From positions 10,506-74,505 of the forward strand of contig JBIOVM010000195.1 of assembly GCA_044867785.1 (NCBI GenBank): a stretch of 64,000 bases of DNA, in the 5' to 3' direction. The notes under the pieces were generated by a model that saw only the letters and a program-made list of their open reading frames with translations, made no database searches and had not been told where the DNA came from. A program made the position numbers and the translations under genes. This DNA is from Candidatus Rokuibacteriota bacterium. Lineage in GTDB: Bacteria; Methylomirabilota; Methylomirabilia; Rokubacteriales; DASRDR01. The stretch's first letter is position 1, and each line of letters starts with the position of its first letter. Below, in pieces: positions 17,410-29,428 of this stretch.

Positions 17410-18053
17410 CGGCGCACCGGATAGGTGAACGTCATGCGGTTCCGGCCGCCCGAGCGCCGCTCGACGAGCGGCTTCGTCCGCTGGGCGCTGACGGACGTGC
17501 CGGGCGCGAGGGAGTACAGATCCCGGAACATCTGGGTGACGGGATTCGTGATGTCGCCGTTGCCGCCGTCGGGATCCATCAGCCCACCGTCGTCGGTGTG
17601 ACTGAGAAAGCCGATCGCGTGGGCGGTCTCGTGCACCACCGTGCGCACGCACTGGGGGCCTCGGTAGATCGACTGACTGACCTGCACGTCCGCGATCGTG
17701 ATGTCGCCGTCCTCCGTGAACTCGACCGACGTGAGCCCGCAGATGTCGGTGCCGCTGCGGAACGAGAATCTGATGTTCGCGTCGCCGGCGCCGCCGACGA
17801 ACGTGAAGGTCACGGCCCCGCCGGTGGCCGAGGTCCAGGTCGCCACCTCGTCCGCTCCCGCCACGCCGTTGCCCAGGTATACGCGAATGGGCATGGTCCG
17901 CCAGCGCACGGTGTGCCCGTCGTTGAACTGCGCATTGTGCTCGAACAAGAACGCATTGGTGACGTTTTCGTCGTCGTCGTCCCCGCATCCGAAGCACAGC
18001 ACGGCCAACACCGCCAGGCCCAGCGCCCGCATCCGCGCCCGTCCGTCGATCAC
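17406..18053 (-). CDS. secreted/lipoprotein zinc metalloprotease (HExxH)
   Basis: Signal peptide with Cys (LAVLCFGCGDDDDE) and a zincin motif VHETAHAIGF. Confidence 0.65.
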   Translation of the reverse strand: MIDGRARMRALGLAVLAVLCFGCGDDDDENVTNAFLFEHNAQFNDGHTVRWRTMPIRVYLGNGVAGADEVATWTSATGGAVTFTFVGGAGDANIRFSFRSGTDICGLTSVEFTEDGDITIADVQVSQSIYRGPQCVRTVVHETAHAIGFLSHTDDGGLMDPDGGNGDITNPVTQMFRDLYSLAPGTSVSAQRTKPLVERRSGGRNRMTFTYPVRR

Positions 18054-19417
18054 GCCGTCACTCCGATCTCCTCCCGGATCGCGGCCGCGATCTCTCGGGC
18101 GGCCGCATCGATCGTCGTCTGGTCATCCCCCTCCACCATCACCCGGGCAAGGGGCTCGGTCCCGGAGTACCGTACCAGCAGGCGGGCGCGGCCGTCGAGT
18201 TTGCCCTCCCAGCGAGCCAGCGTCCCGCTCACGCCCCGAAGCTCGCTCAAGGGCGGCTTGACCCGCACGCGGATGTTCACGAGGACCTGGGGGCACTTCT
18301 CCAGCTGCCCGGCCAGGCTCGCGAGCGGCTGCCCGGACTCGCGCAGCGCCCGGAAGAGCTGGAGCGCGGTCAGCAGCCCGTCCCCGGTCCGCGCGTGGTC
18401 GAGGAAGATCACGTGGCCCGACTGCTCGCCGCCGAGGTTCGCGCCGAGGCGACGCATCTCCTCGAGGACGTACCGGTCGCCGACGGGCGCCCGGACCATC
18501 CGCACGCCGAGCGCGCTCAGGGCCCGCTCGAGCCCGAGGTTCGCCATGACCGTCGAGACGACCACCCCGCCCGCGAGCGCACTTCGCGCCAGGAGCGCGC
18601 GCGCGCAGATCAGGAGCACGTGGTCGCCATCGCGCACTTCGCCGGACTCGTCGACGACGATCAGGCGGTCGCCGTCTCCGTCCAGGGCGATGCCGATCGA
18701 GCCCGGATTCGCCCGCACGCGCGCCTGGAGGGCCTCCGGGTGGAGCGCGCCGACGGCCCGATTGATGTTCGCGCCGGTGGGCCGGACGCCGAGCGTCGAG
18801 ACCGCCGCCCCGAGCGACCGGAAAAGACGCGGGGCCACGCGGTAGGTCGCTCCGTGGGCGCAGTCCAGCACGATCCGCGCGCCGGCCAGATCGAAGGCCG
18901 CCGGGACCGTCGCGCGGAGCGCCTCGACGTAGCGCCGCTCGGCGGCGGGCACGGGCCGGAGCCGGCCGAGCGCGGCGCCCGTCGGCCGCGGCCCCTCCCA
19001 CCCCGTGTCGAGCCGCGCCTCGAGCTCGGCTTCCCACGCATCCGGGAGCTTGTCGCCCTCGGCCGAGAAGAGCTTGATCCCGTTGTCCTCGAACGGATTG
19101 TGGGACGCGGACAGCACCGCGCCGCCGACGGCGCCCAGCGCGGGCGTGAGAGCGGCCACCGCCGGCGTGGGCAGGACGCCGGCGACGAGCGCGTCCACGC
19201 CGACCGACAGCACGCCGGCGACCAGCGCCTGCTCGAGCAGCGGTCCGGAGACGCGCGTGTCCCGGGCGACGAGGAGCGCGGGGCGGCGACGCGACGGCGC
19301 CGCCCGCTCCACGAGGTAGGCGCCGGCGATGCGCCCGAGGCGGCACACGAGCTCCGGCGTGAGCGGCGCCGCGTTCGCCACGCCGCGGACGCCATCGGTT
19401 CCGAAGAGCCGCCCCAT
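18050..19417 (-). CDS. glmM: phosphoglucosamine mutase
   Basis: GTDGVRG N-terminus and the active-site SASHNP motif. Confidence 0.9.
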   Translation of the reverse strand: MGRLFGTDGVRGVANAAPLTPELVCRLGRIAGAYLVERAAPSRRRPALLVARDTRVSGPLLEQALVAGVLSVGVDALVAGVLPTPAVAALTPALGAVGGAVLSASHNPFEDNGIKLFSAEGDKLPDAWEAELEARLDTGWEGPRPTGAALGRLRPVPAAERRYVEALRATVPAAFDLAGARIVLDCAHGATYRVAPRLFRSLGAAVSTLGVRPTGANINRAVGALHPEALQARVRANPGSIGIALDGDGDRLIVVDESGEVRDGDHVLLICARALLARSALAGGVVVSTVMANLGLERALSALGVRMVRAPVGDRYVLEEMRRLGANLGGEQSGHVIFLDHARTGDGLLTALQLFRALRESGQPLASLAGQLEKCPQVLVNIRVRVKPPLSELRGVSGTLARWEGKLDGRARLLVRYSGTEPLARVMVEGDDQTTIDAAAREIAAAIREEIGVTA

Positions 19418-19420
19418 GCT

Positions 19421-19804
19421 CTACGGTGTCTCCAGCATGCCTCGAACCTCGCTGGGGGTCACTCGCACGACGCGCACCCCGGGGGGCGCCGACACGTCTT
19501 GCGGCCGGATCCGGACGACGAAGCGCCCGGGCTGGATGCTCTTGAGGCTCACCTCGGCGCGGAAGTCGTCCTCCCGGAGCGTTCGGAGCAGGCTTCGCCG
19601 GCCCTCGACCCGGACGATCACGGTCTCGATGCCGAGCGAGGTCACCTCGACGCCGTCGGGGCGATCGATCAGGTCGAGCGGCACGGTGAACACCGCGTCC
19701 CCGCGATCCTCGGCCGCCACGAACAGCCAGAGGCCCATCGCGAATACGACCGACATGAGCTTGAGTGGCCAGTGCTCGGCGACGAGCGCCCGGGCCCGAC
19801 TCAC
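19421..19804 (-). CDS. cdaR: YbbR-like domain protein (CdaR-type regulator of CdaA), single-domain
   Basis: TM helix followed by one YbbR-like beta domain. Positioned between cdaA and glmM as in the canonical operon. Confidence 0.55.
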   Translation of the reverse strand: MSRARALVAEHWPLKLMSVVFAMGLWLFVAAEDRGDAVFTVPLDLIDRPDGVEVTSLGIETVIVRVEGRRSLLRTLREDDFRAEVSLKSIQPGRFVVRIRPQDVSAPPGVRVVRVTPSEVRGMLETP

Positions 19805-20634
19805 GCCTTGCTCCGCGCGGTGAAGCGACGGACCCCCGCCAGCAGCGAGCTGCCCCGAGTCGAGACGGTGCCGTCGGCGTCGAGCAGGGTGGAGAGACGC
19901 TCCTGCAGGCGGTCGGGGTCGAGCCCGCGCTCGATGACGCCGTCCACCGTGAGGGAGATCACGCCCGTCTCCTCGGAGACCACCACGACGACCGCGTCCG
20001 TCTCCTCGGACAGGCCGACGGCCGCACGGTGGCGCGTGCCGAGCGTGCGAGAAAGGCCGAGGTTGCGCGAGAGCGGCAGGAAGCAGCCGGCCGCCGCGAT
20101 GCGGTCCCCCTGGATGATGGCGGCGCCGTCGTGGAGAGGGGACCCCGGCTGGAACAGGCTCCCCAGCAGCTCCGCCGACGCGACGGCCTCCATCGGCACG
20201 CCGAGCTCGGCGTAGGCGCGCAGCCCCACCTGGCGCTCGACGGCGATCAGCGCGCCGATGCGCTTCGTGGCCAGCGCGTCCACCGCCCGCACGATCTCCT
20301 CGAGCAGCTGGCGACGCTCGGCCGACCCCTGCCCGACCACGCGCTGCAGGAGGCGGCTTCGGCCCGCCTGGGCGAGCGTGCGCCGCAGCTCCGGCTGGAA
20401 GAGCACGATCAGGGCCAGGACCCAGAACGCCCAGAAGTTCTCGAGGACGAACGACAGGCTGCGGAGGTCGGCCTGCCGAGCGGCGAACCTCGCCGCCATG
20501 AGGAACCCGAGGCCGAAGAGCATCTGGATCGCCACCGTGCCGCGGAAGACGAGGAGGACCCGGTACAGGACGAAGGCCACGATGGCGACGTCGATCACGT
20601 CGCGCAGGCGCAAGCCGGCCAGCACGTGGCTCAT
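19801..20634 (-). CDS. cdaA: diadenylate cyclase CdaA
   Basis: N-terminal TM helices and DAC-domain motifs (HDGAAII, GTRHRAA). ATG 20634 overlaps the folP stop (ATGA). The upstream part of the tracked ORF is an Arg-rich artefact. Confidence 0.85.
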   Translation of the reverse strand: MSHVLAGLRLRDVIDVAIVAFVLYRVLLVFRGTVAIQMLFGLGFLMAARFAARQADLRSLSFVLENFWAFWVLALIVLFQPELRRTLAQAGRSRLLQRVVGQGSAERRQLLEEIVRAVDALATKRIGALIAVERQVGLRAYAELGVPMEAVASAELLGSLFQPGSPLHDGAAIIQGDRIAAAGCFLPLSRNLGLSRTLGTRHRAAVGLSEETDAVVVVVSEETGVISLTVDGVIERGLDPDRLQERLSTLLDADGTVSTRGSSLLAGVRRFTARSKA

Positions 20635-21473
20635 CGCGGGGCGGCGTCCCGAATGGCCTCGGCGACGCGGACGGCGCGCCGCACGGCGGCGACGTCGTGG
20701 ACCCGCACGATGTGGGCGCCGGCGACGGTGGCCATGACGCAGGCCGCCAGGGTGCCCTCGAGCCGCTCGGCCGGCGGCAGGCTGTCCAGCAGCGCTCCGA
20801 TGAAGCTCTTCCGCGAGGGACCGACCAGGATCGGCTTGCCGATCGAGACGAGCGCGTCGAGCCGCTTGAGCAAGGTGAGGTTGTGCGGCAGCGTCTTGCC
20901 GAATCCGATGCCGGGGTCCACGCAGATCGCGTCGGGCGCGACGCCGGCCGCCTCGGCGACCGCCACCGCGCGTTCGAGGCCGGCCCGCACCTCGGCCAGG
21001 AGATCGTCGTACCGGGGCTCGTCCTGCATGGTCCGCGGCGTCCCGCGCATGTGCATGACCGCGAGCGCGGCCCCGTGCGCCGCGCACAGCGCCGCCAGCT
21101 CCGGGCCGGCCGCGAGGGCGGTGACGTCGTTCACCATGTGGGCTCCGAGCGCGAGCGCGGCTTCGGCGACGTCAGGCTTGGACGTGTCCACCGAGACCGG
21201 GCACGGAGGATCGTCGAGCAGGCGCTCGAGAACCGGCAGGAGCCGCGCGCGCTCCTCGCCCGACCCCACCGGGGCCGACCCGGGCCGCGTGGACTCGGCG
21301 CCCACGTCCAGGAGATCGGCCCCCTCGGCGGCGAGGGCGCGCGCGTGACGCGCGGCGGCCGCCGGATCCAGGTACCGGCCGCCATCGGCAAACGAGTCGG
21401 GCGTCACGTTGACGATCCCCATGATGAGGGTTCGAGGTCGCTCCGCACTCCAGGCGAACTCGGCTCCGCGCAT
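20631..21473 (-). CDS. folP: dihydropteroate synthase
   Basis: IMGIVNVTPDSFADGG and GADLLDVGAESTRPG pterin-binding motifs. The exact start is uncertain (21473 or 21494). Confidence 0.8.
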   Translation of the reverse strand: MRGAEFAWSAERPRTLIMGIVNVTPDSFADGGRYLDPAAAARHARALAAEGADLLDVGAESTRPGSAPVGSGEERARLLPVLERLLDDPPCPVSVDTSKPDVAEAALALGAHMVNDVTALAAGPELAALCAAHGAALAVMHMRGTPRTMQDEPRYDDLLAEVRAGLERAVAVAEAAGVAPDAICVDPGIGFGKTLPHNLTLLKRLDALVSIGKPILVGPSRKSFIGALLDSLPPAERLEGTLAACVMATVAGAHIVRVHDVAAVRRAVRVAEAIRDAAPR

Positions 21474-21540
21474 GCGAAGCCTCACGGCGAACATCCCCGG
21501 GCGGGCCGCCCCGCCGGGGGGCACCCCGCGCCGTCGGTCG

Positions 21541-23361
<1,821 letters not shown>

Positions 23362-23510
23362 CCCCGGTCAGCCACCCTCCTCCCGGTGACATCGAGTCCT
23401 GCGCGATGCGACGCAAACGTGCGCAAGGTAAGCGCAGTATAGCACAAGGCTCCACACGGTCCGGGAGGCGAGGCTCGACTTCCAAGACGTCGCCGCTCGA
23501 CCGCGAGCCG

Positions 23511-24044
23511 TCAGGAGGCGACCCCCTCCAGCACGGCCACGTGGCGCAGGTTCCGGTAGAGCCCGGCGTAGTCGAGCCCGTACCCGACGACGAACTCGTC
23601 CGGGATCGTGAACCCGACGTAGTCCAGCCGGACGGACACCTGCCGGCGGCTCGCCTTGTCGAGCAGCGCGCACACCCGGAGACTCCGGGGCTGGCGCGTC
23701 TCGAGGTTGCGGAGGAGGTAGGAGAGCGTCAGGCCCGTGTCGACGATGTCCTCGACGATCAGGACGTCCCGGCCCTCGATGGAGACCGAGAGGTCCTTGG
23801 TCAGCCGGACGATCCCGGACGACCGGGTCGACGCCCCGTAGGACGACACCGCGATGAAATCGCACTCGCAGGGCGCTTCGATGGCCCGCATGAGGTCGGC
23901 CAGGAAGATCACCGCGCCCTTGAGCACCCCGACGAGCATCGGGGTGCGCCCGGCGTAGTCGTCGCGGATCCTGCGGCCCAGCTCGGCCACCCGGGCGCTC
24001 AGGTCCTCGGCGGGGATGAGGACGCGCTCGACCGCCGAGGCCAC
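23511..24044 (-). CDS. hpt: hypoxanthine phosphoribosyltransferase
   Basis: PRTase motif VLIVEDIVDTGLTL and VGVLKGA. Confidence 0.85.
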   Translation of the reverse strand: MASAVERVLIPAEDLSARVAELGRRIRDDYAGRTPMLVGVLKGAVIFLADLMRAIEAPCECDFIAVSSYGASTRSSGIVRLTKDLSVSIEGRDVLIVEDIVDTGLTLSYLLRNLETRQPRSLRVCALLDKASRRQVSVRLDYVGFTIPDEFVVGYGLDYAGLYRNLRHVAVLEGVAS

Positions 24045-24050
24045 GACGCT

Positions 24051-24866
24051 CTACCGCGTCGTGCGCGGCGTGACCAGCGGATTCAGCCCTCGCTCGCTCC
24101 GGAGGTCGCCGGCGGCACGCTCGGCGTCGGCCCGCGACTGGTATGACCCGACTCGGACCCGGTAGCGCGGTCGCCCGTCTTCCGTGATGGAGGGAAAGAC
24201 GTAGGCGTCGAAGCCCCGCGCCGCCAGGCGGGACCGGAGCTCCTCGGCGAGCGCCCGGCTGCGGAAGGCGCTCACCTGCACCGTCCAGGTATCGGGCTCC
24301 GCGGGCGCCGGGGCCGCGGCGAGCTGGGCGGGCGGAGGCCGCGGCGGCGCCGCCTTCGGCGCGCGGGCGGTGCGGGCGGGCCGCACCGGCTCCGCGACCT
24401 TGGGCGCCGACGGAGGAGAGGGCGGGGCGGCCGCCGCCGCGGGCGGCGTCGCTTGCTCCGGCGCAGACGGGGCCGGCGGTGACGTCTCGTCCGTCGCGGC
24501 CGAGGCGGCGCCACGCGCCGCCGGCTCCTCCTTCGTGACCAGGCGCTCCTCGATGGTCGGCTTCCCGACCTGGGGGAGATCCGGGGTCGGCGCGGTGAGC
24601 GTCCGGTAGAAGGTGACCTTCTCCTCCGTCCGCGTGGCCGCACTCTTGGCGGGCGTCTCGGCCCTCCCGGGCGCGTCCGGGCGTCCGAGCTCCCGCGCGG
24701 CCTCGAGCCGCGCCGCTCCCCGTCGTCCCATCTCGCGTCCCACGATGACGCCGCCCGCGAAGAGCAGGCCCGCGATGAGACAGAACACCGCGCCGAGGAC
24801 GACCAGCTCCCGCCCGCCGAACCGGAACTCGTGGCGGGCCCGACCCAGACGCCGCGTCGCGATCAT
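24051..24866 (-). CDS. SPOR-domain cell-division-associated protein
   Basis: N-terminal TM, Pro/Ala-rich linker and a C-terminal SPOR fold (WTVQVSAFRSRALAEEL...YRVRVGSY). Confidence 0.7.
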   Translation of the reverse strand: MIATRRLGRARHEFRFGGRELVVLGAVFCLIAGLLFAGGVIVGREMGRRGAARLEAARELGRPDAPGRAETPAKSAATRTEEKVTFYRTLTAPTPDLPQVGKPTIEERLVTKEEPAARGAASAATDETSPPAPSAPEQATPPAAAAAPPSPPSAPKVAEPVRPARTARAPKAAPPRPPPAQLAAAPAPAEPDTWTVQVSAFRSRALAEELRSRLAARGFDAYVFPSITEDGRPRYRVRVGSYQSRADAERAAGDLRSERGLNPLVTPRTTR

Positions 24867-24879
24867 GCGGGACGCCTCT

Positions 24880-26574
24880 TCACATGGACTCCGGCGCCGA
24901 GATCCCGAGCAGGCCGAGCCCGTTCCGGATCACGTGGGCGACCGCCCGAGCGAGCCCGAGGCGCGCGCGAGTCAGCTCGGGCTCCTCGGGACGGACGATC
25001 CGGAACGCCGGGGCGTGGGTGCCGAGGTGGTGGTAGGCGTGAAGCTGCCCCGCCAGCTCGTACACGTAGACGGCGACGCGGTGCGGCTCGAAGGCGCGCG
25101 CGGCCCCAGCCACGACGTGCGGGAAGCGCAGGAGCGCCTTCGCGAGGGCCAGCTCCTCCGGCGCCGTCAGCGGCGCCAGGTCGACCTCGCCCCAGGCGCT
25201 GGGCACGTCGACGCCGCGCTCGCGCGCGTGGTTGAAGACGCTCGCCACCCGCGCGTGGGCATACTGCACGTAGAACACCGGGTTCTTCTGCCAGTCCTGC
25301 TCGAGCGCGGCGTCCAGGTCGAAGTTGAGATGGCTCTCCGGGCTCCGCGTCACCATGAACCAGCGGAACACGTCGGCGCTCCCGACCTGGTCGAGGAGGT
25401 CGTCGACCGTGACGTAGGTGGCGCGGCGCGTGGACATCTTCACCTCGACGCCCCCGCGCGTGATCGTCACGAACTGGTGGATCAAGTAGCGGATCCGGTC
25501 GGCCGGCAGCCCGAGCGCCGCGATGGCGGCGACGACGTCCTTGGCCTCCTCGATGTGGTCCGCCCCCTGGACGTTCAGGATCCGGTCGAAGCCGCGCCCG
25601 AGCTTCTCCCGGTGGTACGCGATGTCCGGGAGGCGGTACGTCGGCTCTCCCGTCGACTTCACCAGGACGCGGTCCTGCGGGCGGCCGATCGCGGAGAAGC
25701 GGAGCCACACGGCGCCGTCCTTCTCGTAGACGAGCCCGGCATCCCGGAGGGCGCCCAGGGTCGCCTCCACCTTGCCCTCGGTATAGAGCGCGGCCTCGTT
25801 CGAGTAGACGTCGAAGCGGATGTCGAGTCGCTCGAGGGTCCGGCGGATGTCGGCGAAGATCGCGTCCTCCGCGGTCTGGCGGAAGAGATCGTCGTGCCCT
25901 TCGCCGACCAGCGCGTCCGCGTGCCGCTCCCGAAGGCCGGCGGCGATCTCCCGGATGTAGTCGCCCTGGTAGCCGTCCTCGGGCAGGCTCGCCGGGGCGC
26001 CGCCGAGCTCGAGGTACCGGGCCCGAACCGAGCCGCCGAGGATGCGCATCTGTCGGCCCGCGTTGTTGAAGTAGTACTCGCGGGTCGTCTCGTAACCCAT
26101 CGCCTGGAAAAGCCGGGCGACACTGTCTCCGAGGATCGCCTGTCGTCCGTGGCCCACCGTCAGGGGACCGGTCGGATTGGCGCTGACGAACTCCACCATG
26201 GCCCGGCGGCCGCGGCCCTCGGTCTGGGCGCCGAAGCGCGGACCCTCGGCGAGGAGGCGCGCGAGCCCCGCCCGGCAGTACGCGGGAGCCAGGAAGACGT
26301 TCAGGAATCCGGGCCCGGCCACCTCCGCGCGCTCGATCTCCGCGACGCCCGGCAGGTTGGCGAGGATCGCCTCCGCGACCTGACGCGGCGGGCGCCGCTG
26401 GGCCTTGGCGAGGAGCATGGCGACGTTCGTCGCGTAGTCTCCGTGCGCAGGGTCGCGAGGCACTTCCCAGGCGACGTCGGACGGGGCCACGGAAGGCAGA
26501 CCAGCGCGGCCCAGGGCGTCCAAAAGCGCCCCGGACAGCACGCTTGTGACGTCGGTGACCATGGCGTCGTCCAC
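24880..26574 (-). CDS. argS: arginine--tRNA ligase
   Basis: Class I aaRS with HGDYATNVAM (HIGH-like) and KMSTRR motifs. Confidence 0.9.
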   Translation of the reverse strand: MDDAMVTDVTSVLSGALLDALGRAGLPSVAPSDVAWEVPRDPAHGDYATNVAMLLAKAQRRPPRQVAEAILANLPGVAEIERAEVAGPGFLNVFLAPAYCRAGLARLLAEGPRFGAQTEGRGRRAMVEFVSANPTGPLTVGHGRQAILGDSVARLFQAMGYETTREYYFNNAGRQMRILGGSVRARYLELGGAPASLPEDGYQGDYIREIAAGLRERHADALVGEGHDDLFRQTAEDAIFADIRRTLERLDIRFDVYSNEAALYTEGKVEATLGALRDAGLVYEKDGAVWLRFSAIGRPQDRVLVKSTGEPTYRLPDIAYHREKLGRGFDRILNVQGADHIEEAKDVVAAIAALGLPADRIRYLIHQFVTITRGGVEVKMSTRRATYVTVDDLLDQVGSADVFRWFMVTRSPESHLNFDLDAALEQDWQKNPVFYVQYAHARVASVFNHARERGVDVPSAWGEVDLAPLTAPEELALAKALLRFPHVVAGAARAFEPHRVAVYVYELAGQLHAYHHLGTHAPAFRIVRPEEPELTRARLGLARAVAHVIRNGLGLLGISAPESM

Positions 26575-26640
26575 TATAGCCCACGTCCCCAGAGGGTCGA
26601 AGAAAAAGCAGGGTTACGGCGCGTCAGCGCAGTCTAGCTC

Positions 26641-27714
26641 TCAGCGTAGCTGAAACTCGACGGGCAGTCGAATGACGAGCGGCCGCCCGACGACGCCCGG
26701 AGGGAACGGAAACGGCGCCGCGCCTCGCACCGCCGTCACCGCGGCGGTCCGGAGGGTCTCGACCCTCGCGCCGGCGACGACCTCGACGCCGACCAGGCGT
26801 CCCTCGGCGCCCACGCGCACCTCGAGCTCCACGATGCCGTGTTGCCCGCGCCGCGCGGCCGCCGACGGATAGACGAGCCGGTCCTGAACGCGCTGGCGGA
26901 GTAGGCGCACGTACGCGTCGTACTCCGGAGGGATGCCGCCCGCGCGAGGCTCGCCGTCGCCGGTCCCCGAGGGTCGCACGTCGCTCGGCACGAGGCCCGC
27001 GACATCGCCCGCGCCGCCGCCGGCGGACGCGCGCGTATCGCCGCCGGACGGCGCGGCGGCCGGCGACATCCCCGACGGAATGGTGAGCACTTCGCCGGCG
27101 CCGCGCGACGAGAAGGGCGCGGTCCCCGCTCCCTGACGTTCGTCCGACGAAGGGCCGAGCGGCACCGGCGGTGTCGGCGTGGAGGCCGACACCGTCGCCT
27201 CGCCGGGCGGCAGAAGCGGAGACGAAGCCGGAGCGGGACGCGGCGCGGGAGCCGCCGCGACCGCCAGCGGCGCGACGTCACGCGAGAGCGCCGGCGCCCC
27301 CGGCGGCGGCGCGGGACGGGGCTCGGGGGCAACCGGCGCGACCGGCGGCCGCTCGATCTCGGGCGTCTGGATCACCGACTCGCTCGGCGGCGGCGGCGGC
27401 GGGGTCGCCGCGCGCGCACCCGGCGCGCGCGCGTCCGGTCGCTCGGGGACGCTCGCGGGCGCGGGCGGCACGAGGGGCGTGGTGACGGCGCGCCCCGCGC
27501 CGGGATCACCCCGGCGCGGGCGAGACGCAGGCGCGTCGCTCACCGCAGTCCTTTCGTTCGTCGCGCGGACCGGCTCGACCAGGTCCACGTAGAGCGCCGC
27601 CGGCGGCGCCGGCAGGCTTCCCGCGAGCCAGAGCGCGCCGAGCGCGCCGACGGTCACCACGGCGCCGCCGTGGGCCAGCGCCGAGAGCGCGACGGCGGGA
27701 CCGAGGCCGCGCAT
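26641..27714 (-). CDS. tonB: energy transducer TonB
   Basis: N-terminal TM, Pro-rich spacer and a TonB C-terminal domain (GIVELEVRVGAEGRLVGVEVV). The tracked ORF extends upstream with an Arg-rich artefact. Confidence 0.7.
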   Translation of the reverse strand: MRGLGPAVALSALAHGGAVVTVGALGALWLAGSLPAPPAALYVDLVEPVRATNERTAVSDAPASRPRRGDPGAGRAVTTPLVPPAPASVPERPDARAPGARAATPPPPPPSESVIQTPEIERPPVAPVAPEPRPAPPPGAPALSRDVAPLAVAAAPAPRPAPASSPLLPPGEATVSASTPTPPVPLGPSSDERQGAGTAPFSSRGAGEVLTIPSGMSPAAAPSGGDTRASAGGGAGDVAGLVPSDVRPSGTGDGEPRAGGIPPEYDAYVRLLRQRVQDRLVYPSAAARRGQHGIVELEVRVGAEGRLVGVEVVAGARVETLRTAAVTAVRGAAPFPFPPGVVGRPLVIRLPVEFQLR

Positions 27715-27757
27715 CCTCAGGCTCCGGCGCCGCGTCGGACGGCCAGGGCGCCGGCCG

Positions 27758-28702
27758 TCACCGGGAATCTCTCCCAAGAAGGGCGACGCCCGCGGCCACG
27801 AGGATGCTGACCGCCGCCGCCGCGCCCAGGACGCGCCGCGCGCGGCGAATCGCGTCGGGAGACGAAGGCAGCGGGGCGCTCCCCAGGCGATATGCGCCGC
27901 GCTTCGCGAGCCCCACTCCAAGCGCCCCCGCCATCGCCGCCATCGGCCAGCCGGCGTTCGGGCTCTTCGTACGCCCGTGCTGGGCCCACGCCGCGCGAGC
28001 GGCGCCCATCCCGTCTTCGCCGGTCACGGCCGCGCCCGCGGCGAGAGCCAGCGCGCCGAATCGTGCGGGCACGAGGTTCAGCAGGTCGTCGAGCCGCGCG
28101 GCCGCCTTGCCGAAGCGCTCGTAGCGCGCGTCGCGATAGCCCCACATGGCGTCGGCGGTGTTGATTGCGCGGTACGCCCATGCGCCCGGCAGCCCCGCCG
28201 CCGCGTAGGCGAGCACGGGCGCGGCGATGCTGTCGACGAGATTCTCGGCCGCCGACTCGATGGCGGCGGAAGCGACTTCGTCGGCCGCGAGGGTGGCCGT
28301 CGGTCGACTCACCAGATCGCGCGCCGCGCACACCCGCGCGGTCGCGAGGTGACCGTCGCGAAGCGCGGCCTCGACCGCGCCGGCAGCCTCGCTCAAGCGC
28401 CGGAGCGCAAACGCGGGCTTGAGGGCAAGCGCCTCGATCAGGACGCCTGGCCACCCCAGCCGACGCGCCGCGGCCGCGACCAGACGCGCCGCCATCCAGG
28501 CACCGATGGTCACGATCGCCACCGCAGCGCCCCCGTCGGCGACGCTGCGCCCGGGCGCCCGCCGCTCCGCCCAGGCGAGCGCCCATCCCACCCAGACCAC
28601 CGGGTGCGAGCGCGCCGGCGGCTCGCCCGCCGCCAGGTCGACTCCCGTGGCGAGCAGCACGGCGGCCGCCCGGCGCCAGGACGTGGAGGGGATTCGCCTC
28701 AC
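27758..28702 (-). CDS. cbiB: adenosylcobinamide-phosphate synthase CbiB/CobD
   Basis: Conserved HPVVWVGW peptide and multi-TM profile. GTG 28702 overlaps the upstream stop (GTGA). The upstream 230 aa of the tracked ORF is an Arg-rich antisense artefact. Confidence 0.75.
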   Translation of the reverse strand: MRRIPSTSWRRAAAVLLATGVDLAAGEPPARSHPVVWVGWALAWAERRAPGRSVADGGAAVAIVTIGAWMAARLVAAAARRLGWPGVLIEALALKPAFALRRLSEAAGAVEAALRDGHLATARVCAARDLVSRPTATLAADEVASAAIESAAENLVDSIAAPVLAYAAAGLPGAWAYRAINTADAMWGYRDARYERFGKAAARLDDLLNLVPARFGALALAAGAAVTGEDGMGAARAAWAQHGRTKSPNAGWPMAAMAGALGVGLAKRGAYRLGSAPLPSSPDAIRRARRVLGAAAAVSILVAAGVALLGRDSR

Positions 28703-29337
28703 CGCGAGGGAATCCCCTGCCCGACCGCCCGGCGCACCGCTTTCGCCAGGCACCAGCCGACCATCGTGCCGGATCCGAGGTATGGGAGGACCGGCCCGCG
28801 CCCGGTCCAGGCGACGACCACCGCGTCGGTGACGGTTCCCGTGGCCGGCGCCCCATCCGCCGACGCGATCCCGGCCTCGACGAGCGCGCCGACCTTGGCT
28901 TCCGTCGCGGTGATCACCCCGTTCACGGCCGTCGCGCGCTCCATCGCCGCGTCGAGCAGCACGACGACGTTGATCGTCGACGGCTGCCACGCGACGGGCG
29001 GCGTCAGGCCCGCCGCCACCGGCATCCCGAGCCCGACGGTCGCCAGAACCCCGACGCGGACCCCGTCGGCTTCTTCCCACGCGATGCGCGCGTCCTCGGT
29101 CCGCGCCGCGGTCATGAGTCCGACGAACGGCTCGGCGATCCCGAGCCGCTCGGCGAAGTCCCGGAGATCGCCAGCCGGATCGACGCACCGGTGACCCTCG
29201 GGCACTCGCATGTTCACCAGGTGGTGGGCAGCGTCGAGGCCGCCGCCCACCACGGCCGAGCCGAGCACGCGGAGCGGCGCCGCGCTCCGCACCCACGTGG
29301 CGTCCGGGCCGACGTCGATCTCGACGCCCGCGATCAC
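28699..29337 (-). CDS. putative adenosylcobinamide amidohydrolase (CbiZ-like)
   Basis: About 210-aa soluble protein between btuB and cbiB. The assignment rests on size, composition and context rather than a diagnostic motif. Confidence 0.4.
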   Translation of the reverse strand: MIAGVEIDVGPDATWVRSAAPLRVLGSAVVGGGLDAAHHLVNMRVPEGHRCVDPAGDLRDFAERLGIAEPFVGLMTAARTEDARIAWEEADGVRVGVLATVGLGMPVAAGLTPPVAWQPSTINVVVLLDAAMERATAVNGVITATEAKVGALVEAGIASADGAPATGTVTDAVVVAWTGRGPVLPYLGSGTMVGWCLAKAVRRAVGQGIPSR

Positions 29338-29428
29338 AGGTCGCCTCGCCCTCGCGTCGACGGGCCCGCCCGACGGATCCGCCTGATCGACGCCCCATCC
29401 ACCGCCATCGGTCCTCCGGCAGTCGCCG

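Noticed and set aside
27758-29398. 546-aa reading of the cbiB frame, and the 379-aa ORF 27717..28856
   Set aside because: The upstream 230 codons of the long cbiB frame are an Arg-rich overlap of the CbiZ-like gene. True cbiB starts at GTG 28702, with a GTGA overlap. ORF 27717..28856 is antisense or alternate-frame to cbiB.
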